From Adlercreutzia equolifaciens DSM 19450 (lineage in GTDB: Bacteria; Actinomycetota; Coriobacteriia; Coriobacteriales; Eggerthellaceae), in contig NC_022567.1 in assembly GCF_000478885.1 (NCBI RefSeq), positions 1,722,909-1,754,908 on the forward strand: 32,000 nt of DNA, written 5' to 3'. Of the stretch, positions 15,062-24,382 are shown in pieces. The notes beneath the pieces are model-generated. The model worked only from the letters and a program-made list of their open reading frames with translations, had not been told where the DNA came from and ran no database searches. Each line of letters begins with the position of its first letter. Within the stretch, counting starts at the first letter, position 1. The position numbers were made by a program, and so were the translations under genes.

Positions 15062-17083
15062 TTACTTGTACTGGCTCTCGTGCTTGCGGAAGAAATCGAA
15101 GCGCGGAGGGAGCTCGTGGATGCGATGGGCGCCGGCATCGATCTCAATGGCCGGGCACAGCTCGTCGTTGGAATCGAAGTCGTAGTTCCAGCTGAAGAAG
15201 TCACCGAAGTCGAAGCTCAGGTAGTCGCAGATCTTCTCGCAACCGACCGGCACAATGGGATGCATGAGCAGCGTCGCCATGCGCAGCAGGTAGAACGAGT
15301 CCACCAGTACCTGGCGCCGCGCATCCGCATCCTCGGACGCCTCGGCGGCCTTGATGCCATCGGCCCACCACTTGTTCGACCAGCGGATGAACTCGTCGCA
15401 CACCGACATCACGCGGTGCAGCTCCACCTTGTGCATGCGCTCCTCGTAGTCGAGCAGCGCCTCGAAGGCGCGACGGCGCACCTCGGGCGTCACTGTCCCT
15501 AAGGGCATGCAGCCGTCGAAATTCTTCTGCGCCTCGTAGAAGCAGCTGCGGGCGAGGCGGTTGAACACGTTGGTGAGCAGCGCCCCCTCCTTGAGCACCG
15601 GATCGGCGTAGCGCGGATCGTCGCGCTTGGCCGGATCCGGATCGAAGGGCTTGGGGGAAAAGCCGACGGATTTCTGGTCGAGCCCGAGCGCCAGGAAGTG
15701 GGCGCGCAGCTGCTCGGGCGTGTAGTGCTCCAGCAGCTCCTCGCCCGTGGGCGGCTTCACCGCGCCCGACGAGGAGGCCTTCTTCTTGCCGAACAGCATA
15801 TGGTGGTTCGCCACGAGCGTGGTCTGGCGCATCTGCGAATCGGGGCCCTCGGCGAACAGACCGCCCGGGCGCAAAGCCTCCCACAGCGCCGGCTGGGCCA
15901 CACCGTAGAAGTACAGGTTGTCCTGGCCGATGAACTGGTAGACCCGCGCGTCGTCGGAGCACCAGAAGTCGCGCCAGCTCGTGCGCGGCATCCCCTGCTC
16001 GTCGTTGATCGTGATGGTGAACGAGATGGGCGCCCACAGCGATTCGGGCCAGCACCACACCGTGAGCCCCTCCACGCCGTCGATGACGGGAGCGCGCACG
16101 CCCCACTCGATGTTGCCGGTGATGCGGAAGGGCACGAGCGTCTTCGAGGTGCGGAAGCGCAGGCCGGCCGCAGCCAGCGCGTCGCGGGCGGCGTCGCGCT
16201 CGCCGATGGAGGCGAACTCTATCTCGAAGGATTGCTTGTTGCCCTCGGCGGGACGGAACTCGTGGGGCGGCAGCTCGGCGGCCATGGCCTCGTACTCTTC
16301 CAAGTGCTCGTTCTTCACGAAGATCACGGGCGGGGCCAGAAACTCGGCGATGGCCTTGGTCACCACCGGGCGCACCTCGTCGTCGGCCTCAAGCTCGCGC
16401 ACGTAGCCCTTCAGGAAGTCCTCGAACCCGGGCAGGTCGAAGTACCAGTTCTCCACGGGGCGCATCTCGGGGACGGTGCCCGTGAGCGTGGACACCGGGG
16501 CGATGAGGTCCACCGGCGCGTACTGATGCCCCAGATCGCACTCGTCGGCATAGGCGTGCTCCGACTTGCAGCCCTGCACGGGGCAGTGGCCCTGCACCTG
16601 GCGACCGTTCAGGAAGGTGCCGGCCTCGGCGTCGTAGAACTGCAGGGTGGAGTCCAGCTTCAAGTGGCCGCTCTCGTGCAGGCGCTCGATGAACTGATCG
16701 GAGATCATCTGGTGCACGTCGCCCGCGTGCCCGATGCCGCTGCCCTCGTAGATGTCCAGACTCACCTGGAAGGCCTCAAGGGTCGCCTTCTGGCGCTCGT
16801 GGTTGGCGAGCACGTAGTCGGCGATGGAGCCCTCGAACTCGCCGGCCTCCTTAAGCTTGCGGTAGCCCTCGTTGATGGGGCTGCCGAAGCAGTCGGTACC
16901 GGAGACGAAACGGACGTTCTCGGCGCCGATGCGGTCGCGCAGAAAGCGCGCGAAGGCGTCGGCGGGCACGAACACGCCGCCGATGTGGCCGAAGTGCAAG
17001 GGCTTGTTCCCGTAGGGCATGCCCGCCGTCACCACGGCGCGGGCGGGCCACTCGACCCGCTCTCTGCTATTCAAGTCCGACAC
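15062..17083 (-). CDS. metG: Methionine--tRNA ligase (class I aaRS, divergent long form)
   Basis: HIGH-type motif PLHFGHIGG, GTDCFGSPI, a Cys/His knuckle HCPVQGCKSEH...C, and FIGQDNLYFYG (compare MetRS FIGKDI.YFH). The KMSKS-loop position reads GKKKASSSG. Confidence 0.7.
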   Translation of the reverse strand: MSDLNSRERVEWPARAVVTAGMPYGNKPLHFGHIGGVFVPADAFARFLRDRIGAENVRFVSGTDCFGSPINEGYRKLKEAGEFEGSIADYVLANHERQKATLEAFQVSLDIYEGSGIGHAGDVHQMISDQFIERLHESGHLKLDSTLQFYDAEAGTFLNGRQVQGHCPVQGCKSEHAYADECDLGHQYAPVDLIAPVSTLTGTVPEMRPVENWYFDLPGFEDFLKGYVRELEADDEVRPVVTKAIAEFLAPPVIFVKNEHLEEYEAMAAELPPHEFRPAEGNKQSFEIEFASIGERDAARDALAAAGLRFRTSKTLVPFRITGNIEWGVRAPVIDGVEGLTVWCWPESLWAPISFTITINDEQGMPRTSWRDFWCSDDARVYQFIGQDNLYFYGVAQPALWEALRPGGLFAEGPDSQMRQTTLVANHHMLFGKKKASSSGAVKPPTGEELLEHYTPEQLRAHFLALGLDQKSVGFSPKPFDPDPAKRDDPRYADPVLKEGALLTNVFNRLARSCFYEAQKNFDGCMPLGTVTPEVRRRAFEALLDYEERMHKVELHRVMSVCDEFIRWSNKWWADGIKAAEASEDADARRQVLVDSFYLLRMATLLMHPIVPVGCEKICDYLSFDFGDFFSWNYDFDSNDELCPAIEIDAGAHRIHELPPRFDFFRKHESQYK

Positions 17084-18287
17084 GATTCTCCAACTCCTTC
17101 AGTGTCCCGGAAACGTCCAGCGAATCTTCGGTGCCCATGATATCCAGAAGGCGCGACAAATCGCTCGTGGACGACTGCAGATACACGGTATCAGCATCGG
17201 CAATACCGGCCAGCTCGCAGGCCTTGGCCACGGCGGTCTCAAGCGTTCCCAGCTCGTCGGCCAGTCCGTTTTCCACGGCGTCCATGCCGGTGAACGTAAG
17301 GCCCGTGGCCAGCGCGCGCACGTCTTCCACCGGCATGTCGCGGCCCTCGGCGACGAAGTTGATGAACACCTCGTTGATCTGATCGACCTGATCCTGGTAC
17401 CAGGCGCGCTCCTCCTCGGTGAGCGGGCGGTTGCCGGCGCCGGAGTCCTTGGCATCGGCCGAGGTGATGTTCTCGACGGAGATGCCCAGCTTCTCGTAGA
17501 GCCCCGACAGGTCGGTCACCGACATGATGACACCGATGGAGCCGATGGAGGTCGTCTTGTCAGTGAAGATGTAGTCGGCCTGGGACGAGATCATGTAGGC
17601 GGCACTCGCGTTGATGGAGGCGCTCGAGACCACCACGGGCTTGGAGAAGTCGCGGATGTAGGTGCTCATCTCCTCGCCGGCCGTGGCCACGCCGCCGCCG
17701 GAGTTCACGCGCAGCACGACCGCCTTGATGTGCGGGTTCTGCTCGGCGGCGTCCAGCTGGCTTTTAAGTCCCTCGGGGCTTGAGGTGGTGCCGTCGTACT
17801 GGATGGTGCCGCTGATGTTGATGATGCCCACAGTGTCTCCGGTAACCGTGTCGGCCCAGGAGGGCGACTCGTAGGAGAAGGCCCCCATGGAACTGGTGAA
17901 CACCGAGGTGCACGACCCGATGGTGGCCACCCCCAAGATGAGCACCGTCAGCACGGCGGCCAGACCGACGATCCAGCCGCGGCGCTTGGGCTGCTGGGCC
18001 GGCACCGCATAGGCGGCAGCCGGCTGGGCCTGGGCCTGGGCCGCATAGGCACCTTGCGGCTGGCCCGCATAGGACGGGCGCGGCTGGGGGGCTCCGTAGC
18101 CGTAGGGATTCGCTTGCGGCTGCGGCTGCGAGGTCGCCCGAGGGGCAGCTCCCGGGGCCGCGGGCTGGGAAGCGGCCGGCTGCGCTGGGGCAGCCGGCCC
18201 TTGCCCCGCCGACGGGCCGCCCGAGGACGGGGCGCCCCCAAGCGGTGCGCCCCAGGCGGCGTTCTGCCATTGGTTCTGATCGCTCAT
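17067..18287 (-). CDS. sppA: Signal peptide peptidase SppA (S49 family) with a Pro/Gln/Ala-rich N-terminal region
   Basis: INISGTIQYDG, LRVNSGGGVATAGEEM, SASINASAAYMISSQADYIFT and SIGSIGV. The ~100-aa low-complexity N-terminus is followed by a TM segment. The 3' end overlaps the metG start by 17 nt. Confidence 0.85.
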   Translation of the reverse strand: MSDQNQWQNAAWGAPLGGAPSSGGPSAGQGPAAPAQPAASQPAAPGAAPRATSQPQPQANPYGYGAPQPRPSYAGQPQGAYAAQAQAQPAAAYAVPAQQPKRRGWIVGLAAVLTVLILGVATIGSCTSVFTSSMGAFSYESPSWADTVTGDTVGIINISGTIQYDGTTSSPEGLKSQLDAAEQNPHIKAVVLRVNSGGGVATAGEEMSTYIRDFSKPVVVSSASINASAAYMISSQADYIFTDKTTSIGSIGVIMSVTDLSGLYEKLGISVENITSADAKDSGAGNRPLTEEERAWYQDQVDQINEVFINFVAEGRDMPVEDVRALATGLTFTGMDAVENGLADELGTLETAVAKACELAGIADADTVYLQSSTSDLSRLLDIMGTEDSLDVSGTLKELENRVGLE

Positions 18288-18320
18288 AATGCTTCTTTCG
18301 TCGGGCCGGATTCGCCGGGC

Positions 18321-20330
18321 CTACAGTTCCATGCCATCGTCCGCACGACCCTGCTGAGCCTGCATCTTCTTCGCCATGCGCAGCAGGAACTCCTGGTTGG
18401 AATTGGTCTGCTTCAGCGACTTGATGAGCATGTCCATGGCGCGCTCGGTGGAGTTCGTGTTGGCCAGAATGCGGCGCACGCCCCAGATGAGCGGGGCCTC
18501 CTGCGGATCCATGAGCAGCTCCTCCTTGCGCGTGCCCGAGGAGATGGGGTCGATGGCCGGGAAGATGCGGCGATCGGCCAGGTAGCGGTCGAGCTTCAGC
18601 TCCATGTTGCCGGTGCCCTTGAACTCCTCGAAGATCACCTCGTCCATCTTCGACCCGGTCTCGATGAGGGCCGAGGCGAGGATGGTGAGCGAGCCGCCGT
18701 TCTCGATGTTGCGGGCGGCGCCGAGGAAGCGCTTGGGCGGATAGAGGGCCGTGGAATCGACGCCGCCGGAGAGGATGCGGCCGCTCGCGGGCTGCGCCAG
18801 GTTGTAGGCGCGGGCCAAACGCGTGATGGAGTCCAGCAGGATGACGACGTCCTTCCCCTGCTCGACCAGGCGCTTGGCGCGCTCGATGACGAGCTCGGCT
18901 ACCTGGATGTGGTTCTCGGAGGGCATGTCGAAGGTGGAGGAGACCACCTCCCCGCGGATGGAGCGCTCCATGTCGGTCGCCTCTTCGGGACGCTCGTCGA
19001 TGCCCAGGTACATGAGGTGCACGTCCGGGTTGTTCGCCGTGATAGCGGCGGCGATGTCCTTGAGCACGGTGGTCTTGCCGGCCTTGGGCGGCGACACGAT
19101 GAGGCCGCGCTGGCCCTTGCCGATGGGAGCCGTCAGATCGATGACGCGGGCCGTGGTGGTGTTCTTCCCGTGCTCCATGAGCAGGCGCTCGTCGGGGAAC
19201 ACCGGCGTGAGGTCGGCGAACTTCGGCCGTAAGGCCATGATCTCGGGGGCCATGCCGTTGACGGCCGACACCTTCTGCAGGGCCGCGAACTTGTCGTTGG
19301 GGCGCGCCGGGCGCGTCGTGCCCGTGACCATGTCGCCCTTGCGCAGGCCGTTCTTGCGGATGGTGGCGAGCCCCACGTAGATGTCGTTCTCGCCGGACAG
19401 GTAGCCGGAGGTGCGCAGGAAGCCGTAGCCGTCGCCCATGATGTCCAGCACGCCGGTGACCTCGGTGAAGCCCTCGGCCTTGCAGACGGCCTCGTAGATG
19501 GCGTCCACCAGCTCGGCCTTCTTGAGCCCGGCGGCGTCCACCCCCGCCTCGGCGGCGCGGGCGCGCAGGTCGGCCACCTTGAGCTCTGTCAGCTCCTCCT
19601 TGGAGACGGAGGGCTGAGGCTCCCGGTTGCGATTCTCGTGGCGGTTCTTCTTGTTCTTCTTGCCGCCCTGGCTGTTCTGGGCGTTCTGCTTGTTCTGGCC
19701 GTTCTTGCCTTGGCCCTGGCCGTTCTGGTTCTGGCCACTTTGGTTCTGGCGGCGCTCCTCGCGGTCGCGGCGGCGGATCACCGTCGTGGTGGTGCGCTCG
19801 CGGCGAGGGGCCTCCTTGGACTCGGGAGCATCGGCGGGCGCGGGCGCCTCGGACTTGCCGGCGCCCGCTGCGGACGCCTCGGCGCCCTCGGGCTCCTTGG
19901 CCTGCGGGGCCTTCTCCTCCGCGTCGGCCGCAGGCTCGGATGCCGCCTTGCGAGTGCGGGCGCGACGCGGCTTGGGAGCCTCTTCGGAAGTCTCGGAAGT
20001 CGCAGGTGCTGCGTCGGTCGCGGCAGCCGTCCCCTCCTCCGCCGCCGGCTCGGGCGTCTTGCGGGCGCGGGTGCGGCGCGGCTTCGGCGCCTCCTCGGCC
20101 GTCAGCGCCTCGGTGGCTGCGGGAGATGCGGCCTCTTCGGCGGGCTTGGCCGCAGCACGGCGGCGCGTCGTCTTCTTGGCCGGAGCGGCTGGCGCCTCGG
20201 CACCCTCGGCAGCCAGTGCCGATGCCGGGGCCTCTTCCGCCTTCTTGCGCGAACGGCCGCGCTTCGGCTTCTCGGGGGTCGCCTCCGGGGCGGCCACTTC
20301 CGTCGTCATCGTCTCTTGGGTATCGCTCAT
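18321..20330 (-). CDS. rho: Transcription termination factor Rho with a ~245-aa disordered N-terminal extension
   Basis: Rho_N helix bundle ([31 protein letters not shown]), OB/CSD (GYGFLR), Walker A ([14 protein letters not shown]) and a complete ATPase core, preceded by a long charged and N/Q-rich region. Confidence 0.95.
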   Translation of the reverse strand: MSDTQETMTTEVAAPEATPEKPKRGRSRKKAEEAPASALAAEGAEAPAAPAKKTTRRRAAAKPAEEAASPAATEALTAEEAPKPRRTRARKTPEPAAEEGTAAATDAAPATSETSEEAPKPRRARTRKAASEPAADAEEKAPQAKEPEGAEASAAGAGKSEAPAPADAPESKEAPRRERTTTTVIRRRDREERRQNQSGQNQNGQGQGKNGQNKQNAQNSQGGKKNKKNRHENRNREPQPSVSKEELTELKVADLRARAAEAGVDAAGLKKAELVDAIYEAVCKAEGFTEVTGVLDIMGDGYGFLRTSGYLSGENDIYVGLATIRKNGLRKGDMVTGTTRPARPNDKFAALQKVSAVNGMAPEIMALRPKFADLTPVFPDERLLMEHGKNTTTARVIDLTAPIGKGQRGLIVSPPKAGKTTVLKDIAAAITANNPDVHLMYLGIDERPEEATDMERSIRGEVVSSTFDMPSENHIQVAELVIERAKRLVEQGKDVVILLDSITRLARAYNLAQPASGRILSGGVDSTALYPPKRFLGAARNIENGGSLTILASALIETGSKMDEVIFEEFKGTGNMELKLDRYLADRRIFPAIDPISSGTRKEELLMDPQEAPLIWGVRRILANTNSTERAMDMLIKSLKQTNSNQEFLLRMAKKMQAQQGRADDGMEL

Positions 20331-21019
20331 GCGTTCTGCACTTTCTCCCAGTCCTTGAGGAACGACTCAAGGCCGCGGTCGGTCAGTGGATGCTGCACGC
20401 ATTTCTTCAGAATGCCGAAGGGAACCGTGGCGATGTCGGCCCCCATGAGAGCGGCCTGGGTCACATGGTTGGCGCTGCGGATGGAGGCGGCGATGATCTC
20501 GATCTGCTCGCCGTTTACGGTGTCCTCGGAGAAGTCGTAGTTGCCGATGGCGCGCACGACGTCGTCCAGCTGCGCCAGGCCGTCCTCGGAGATGTCGTCG
20601 AAGCGGCCCACGAACGGCGAGATGTAGCGGGCGCCGGCGCGGGCGGCCAAAATGGCCTGGGGCACGGTGAAGCACAGCGTCATGTTCACCGGAATGCCCT
20701 CGTCGGCCAAAGCGCGCGTGGCGGCCAGGCCCTCCACCATGGTGGGGATCTTCACGACGACGTTGGGGGCAATGGCGGCGAGCTCCCGTCCGTCGCGGAC
20801 GATCTCGTCGCGGGTCATGGCCACCGACTCGGCGGACACCGGGCAATCCGGCCCCACGATGTCGCAGATGCGCTTGATGTGCGCGTGGAAATCGTCGAGC
20901 TTCCCGCCGATGCGCGAGTACAGCGTCGGGTTGGTGGTCACGCCGGCCAACGCGCCCCAGCTGGCCGCCTCTTCGATTTCGGCGAGGTCGGCCGTGTCCA
21001 GAAAGAACTTCACGTTCAT
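20327..21019 (-). CDS. tal: Transaldolase family 3B / fructose-6-phosphate aldolase
   Basis: MNVKFFLDTADLAEIEEA...GVTTNPTL, VVKIPT (Schiff-base Lys context); about 230 aa. The stop overlaps the rho start (ATGA). Confidence 0.88.
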   Translation of the reverse strand: MNVKFFLDTADLAEIEEAASWGALAGVTTNPTLYSRIGGKLDDFHAHIKRICDIVGPDCPVSAESVAMTRDEIVRDGRELAAIAPNVVVKIPTMVEGLAATRALADEGIPVNMTLCFTVPQAILAARAGARYISPFVGRFDDISEDGLAQLDDVVRAIGNYDFSEDTVNGEQIEIIAASIRSANHVTQAALMGADIATVPFGILKKCVQHPLTDRGLESFLKDWEKVQNA

Positions 21020-21297
21020 CCTCCTTCTTGAGGTTTACAGGCAAAGGAATGGGAATGGCGCTCGAATCGACCGCGGTAAAGCGCACTGCGAACCCGAACC
21101 GTGAGAACGTTGAAAATGGGCGATACGGGACTATGGGAAGGAAGTGGGGCGCCATTGCGCCCAAGATTCAGAGCTGGAACCATAGTAGCGCAACCGACCG
21201 CACCGCACAAGAAAAAGCACAGACTGCCCGCGACTCAACTCGGAGGAGAGCCCATCGGCGTTCCGACGGCATTCCAGCTCGCTCAAGCCGCCCCCGC

Positions 21298-22182
21298 TCA
21301 CTCCTCTTCTTTGCGAAACTCCAAGTAATCGAGGAAGCGGCGGGTGGCCAGGGGAAGGTGGCCGGCGCTGCGATAGGCCACGCCGATGGTGCGGAAGACC
21401 GGATCGGACAAGGGCAGCGTGACCACGTTTTGGGACAGGCCCCGCAGCATAAGGCGCGACAGCACGCTCACGCCCATGCCGTACTCCACCATGGAGAGAA
21501 TGGCCCGATCGTCCCACGAGGTGAGACGCGTGGTAGGGCGCACGCCCCATCGGATGAGGAACTCCAGAAGCTCGTCGTCGGACTCCGATGCCGGCGAGAG
21601 CAGCGGAAATTCCGCAAGACGCTCCACGGGAAACACCCCCGCGCCCGCCAGCTCGTGGTCGCGCGGAAGCACGGCCAGAAACTCGTCCTCCTCCAAGGCG
21701 CGCGCGAGGAGCCGCGCGTCCGTGCGCAGCGGGAGCAGCACGAAGCCGCAGTCCACGGTGCCGTCGGCGATCCACTCCTCGATCTCGGTGTAGTCTCCTA
21801 CGCGCAGCTTGTAGTCGATACCCGGGTAATCGGCGCTGAAGCGCTTGATGATGCGCGGAATCCAATGGGCGGCCACGCTCGGGAACACACCGATGCGGAT
21901 GAGGCCGGTCTCAAGTCCCCGCACCTCGTCCACAGTGGCTTCCAAGGCGCGGAAGCTCTCGCAGAGGGCGCGGGCCTCGGGCAGAAGCCGTGCGCCATCG
22001 CCGGTCAGCACCACCCCCCGGCGGCTCCGCTCGAACAGCGCCACGCCCCAGTCGCGCTCCAAATCGGAGACCATGTGGCTTATGCCCGACTGGGAATAGG
22101 CCAGCGTCTCGGCCGCCTTGGTGAAGCTGCCGGCATCGGCCACCTCCACGAAGGCCTGGTACTTCTGGATGTTGGCGTCCAC
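21298..22182 (-). CDS. LysR-family transcriptional regulator
   Basis: N-terminal HTH FVEVADAGSFTKAAETLAYSQSGISHMVSDLE plus a LysR substrate-binding domain. Divergent from the transporter gene. Confidence 0.9.
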   Translation of the reverse strand: MDANIQKYQAFVEVADAGSFTKAAETLAYSQSGISHMVSDLERDWGVALFERSRRGVVLTGDGARLLPEARALCESFRALEATVDEVRGLETGLIRIGVFPSVAAHWIPRIIKRFSADYPGIDYKLRVGDYTEIEEWIADGTVDCGFVLLPLRTDARLLARALEEDEFLAVLPRDHELAGAGVFPVERLAEFPLLSPASESDDELLEFLIRWGVRPTTRLTSWDDRAILSMVEYGMGVSVLSRLMLRGLSQNVVTLPLSDPVFRTIGVAYRSAGHLPLATRRFLDYLEFRKEEE

Positions 22183-22225
22183 GGCTCCCCTCTCCTCGTT
22201 GCTTCGTGCCTCATTGCCTCATGTT

Positions 22226-22240
22226 ATGAGAATTTCTCAT
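22226..22240. promoter_or_regulatory. Candidate LysR box (T-N11-A dyad) in the divergent intergenic region
   Basis: Perfect 7-1-7 palindrome atgagaatttctcat. It lies 44 nt upstream of the LysR start and 130 nt upstream of the transporter start. Confidence 0.5.
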
Positions 22241-22369
22241 GTGAACTATGAAATAGTTTCGCTTTTCAGGGGATTTGTCAAGCGCCATAATGCAGCTGCA
22301 TCAAAAGGAAGAAGGCGGCGCGCTGAGCCTGCGAGTCCCGCGCCCTGCACCGAGAAGGAGAGGCTTGCC

Positions 22370-23329
22370 ATGCGCACGAAGATCGCATCGATGAAGTACC
22401 TTCTGTGCTTCATCGCAGCCGTCATGATGTTCGGATCGTCGGGCATCGTCGCCAGCACGCTGCCGCTGTCGGCCTTCGAGGTCTGTCTTATGCGCCTCAT
22501 AATAGGCGCGCTGTTCATGGGCCTCATCTTCGTCGTCACCCGCCAGCGATTGCCCCGGCACATCGGCCGTCGCCAGTACCTGTTCGTGGCCCTCTCCGGC
22601 GCCTGCCTGGGCCTTGCCATGATGACCATTTTCACTGCCTACCGCCTGCTTGGCGTGGGCCTCGGCGCCGTTCTGGCCGCCACGGCCCCGGTCATCACCA
22701 TGGCGCTGTCCCCCCTTCTGTTCAAGGAGCGCCTGCGGCTTCCCGTGGTGGTCGGGTTCGCCATTGTGGTCGGCGGTCTGCTTTTGCTGAATGCGTCCGC
22801 CCTGGAGGGCACGCTGTCGGTTCCCGGCATCCTCATGGGACTCGCCGCGGCCGCCAGCACCGCTGGCATGGTCATCTTCAACAAGCTCGCCCGCGACATC
22901 ACCGGCATCCCCTGCACCACCATCCAACTTGCCACGGCGGTGGCGGTGGCCCTCGCCGTGGCCGCGGCTGGCGAGGGCTTCGCCTTCATCGGCCGTATTC
23001 CCTTGAGCTCTTGGCCCACCGTCATTGCCCTGGGCGCCGTGTTCACCGCCCTGGCCTACTTCCTCTACTACCGGGCCATCGACCAGCTGCCCATGCAGAC
23101 CGTGTCGGTGTGCGCCTACGCCGAGCCGCTCACGGCCGTGGTGCTGGGGGCGCTCGTGCTCGGCGAGGTGATGACGCCCGTGCAGCTCGCCGGCGCCTGC
23201 TGCATCATCGGCGGCGCACTGCTCGGCGAGGCGCGCGCGAAACTGCCGGCCGCCCAGCGACGCCGGATGCGCCGCGCCTACGTGCGCCTCGTGCGCGCCC
23301 AGCGCCGCGTCCTGCACCACGCGGCCTAG
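22370..23329 (+). CDS. EamA/DMT-superfamily transporter (about 10 TM)
   Basis: Two EamA-like hydrophobic halves (FGSSGIVAS..., APVITMALSPLLFKERL..., AYAEPLTAVVLGALVLGE). Start at ATG 22370, preceded by an AAGGAGAGG RBS. The track ORF extends 84 codons upstream into the LysR gene. Confidence 0.85.
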   Translation: MRTKIASMKYLLCFIAAVMMFGSSGIVASTLPLSAFEVCLMRLIIGALFMGLIFVVTRQRLPRHIGRRQYLFVALSGACLGLAMMTIFTAYRLLGVGLGAVLAATAPVITMALSPLLFKERLRLPVVVGFAIVVGGLLLLNASALEGTLSVPGILMGLAAAASTAGMVIFNKLARDITGIPCTTIQLATAVAVALAVAAAGEGFAFIGRIPLSSWPTVIALGAVFTALAYFLYYRAIDQLPMQTVSVCAYAEPLTAVVLGALVLGEVMTPVQLAGACCIIGGALLGEARAKLPAAQRRRMRRAYVRLVRAQRRVLHHAA

Positions 23330-23390
23330 ACCTCGCCCGGCACCGCCCCGCGCCCCCGCGACACTCCGCGACATGAATCGGGCGTGGCAG

Positions 23391-23422
23391 CCTCTCGCCA
23401 AGCTGCCACGCCCTGCGACACA
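23391..23422 (+). other. 10-bp GC-rich hairpin downstream of the transporter gene (terminator-like, no U-tract)
   Basis: ggcgtggcag (23391-23400) / ctgccacgcc (23413-23422), with a 12-nt loop. Confidence 0.35.
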
Positions 23423-23457
23423 GACGGAAAATCGGCGGCCACCTGTCAAAAAAGCAC

Positions 23458-23688
23458 ATTTTCCAAGCTCGGACTGAGCTTGGCTCATAGGACAAGCAAA
23501 TGGGTACCGAGAAACACCAGGTCAGAGACTTTTGCATTTGCAACTTTCTCGAACCTTGATCTTCCGATTTGGAATATGTGAAAAAGTGGACTCATTTAGT
23601 TGGAAAATGTGCTTTTTTGTTCTCATGATTTTTGGCAGCAGCCGTTTCTGACCAAAAAATCACCTTTTCCAACTTCTGGGCATCGATT
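23458..23688. repeat. Cluster of four TTGGAAAATGTG / CACATTTTCCAA motif copies (dispersed palindromic element, locus 2)
   Basis: gcacattttccaa 23464-23476; ttggaatatgtga 23579-23591 (degenerate); ttggaaaatgtgc 23610-23622; caccttttccaa 23671-23682. Perfect 19-bp inverted repeat at 23458-23476 / 23610-23628. Confidence 0.85.
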
Positions 23689-23755
23689 TCTGGAATCATC
23701 CAGCTAAAACATCTCTCGCACCTTCACTCGGCGAGCACAAAGCACGAGCAACCAG

Positions 23756-24079
23756 CTACTCTTCCAACATCGAGCGGTAGAAGCAGGTTCGCTCCCCCGT
23801 GTGGCAGGCGGGACCGGCCGGATGCACCAGCGCGAGCAGGGTATCGGCGTCGCAGTCGTAGCGCAGATCGACCAGCTTCTGGGTGTTGCCGCTGGTGGCG
23901 CCCTTGTGCCACAGCTCGCGCCGGCTACGGCTCCAGAACACGGTTTCGCCGCGCTCCAGCGTGAGCGCCAGCGACTCGGCGCTCATCCACGCCATCATGA
24001 GCACCTCGCCCGTATCGGCGTCCTGAACGATGCAGGGGACGAGCCCCGCCTCGTTGTACTTCAGCTCGGGAAGATTCAC
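23756..24079 (-). CDS. hisI: Phosphoribosyl-AMP cyclohydrolase
   Basis: [27 protein letters not shown] and [11 protein letters not shown]...[15 protein letters not shown] start preceded by an AAGGAGGAG RBS. Confidence 0.93.
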   Translation of the reverse strand: MNLPELKYNEAGLVPCIVQDADTGEVLMMAWMSAESLALTLERGETVFWSRSRRELWHKGATSGNTQKLVDLRYDCDADTLLALVHPAGPACHTGERTCFYRSMLEE

Positions 24080-24088
24080 CTCTCCTCC

Positions 24089-24382
24089 TTAGGGTAGCGT
24101 GACGAGCATGACCTTGATGTCGGCCTTGCGGAAGGCCGGACGCATGTACTCCGGATCGCACAGCTCGGGCAGCACCTGCTGCAGCGCGAGGAAGATATCG
24201 GCGGAAGGCGCGCGCGAGGCGTCCTCCAGCGCGTAAATCGTGCGCTCCGAGATCTTCATGCCCGTCTTCTCCTCCACCGCATCGGTGAGCTTCTTGCCCC
24301 GCGAGTACCCGTTGGCCAGCCGCGCCGCCTTCAGCAACGTCCCGTAGGCCTCCCAGTCGATAACGCTGTTCTCCTTAGCCAT
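24089..24382 (-). CDS. Small XRE-like helix-turn-helix protein, co-oriented with hisI and 9 nt upstream of it
   Basis: GTLLKAARLANGYS...ISERTIYALEDASRAPSADIFLALQQVL resembles an HTH_3-type domain. Host-like GC-rich codon usage. AGGAG RBS. Confidence 0.65.
   Translation of the reverse strand: MAKENSVIDWEAYGTLLKAARLANGYSRGKKLTDAVEEKTGMKISERTIYALEDASRAPSADIFLALQQVLPELCDPEYMRPAFRKADIKVMLVTLP

Noticed and set aside
17764-20370. 868-aa minus-strand ORF in an alternative frame of sppA and rho.
   Set aside because: It is out of frame with two genes that carry complete conserved motifs. Its translation is an Arg/Gly/Pro-rich frame-shift shadow.
23632-23964. 110-aa + strand ORF starting in the repeat-bearing gap, and small ORFs sharing TFS(K/N)-like peptides across motif copies.
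   Set aside because: It runs antisense into hisI. The shared peptide strings simply reflect the repeated nucleotide core cacattttccaa. No RBS or coding signature is present.
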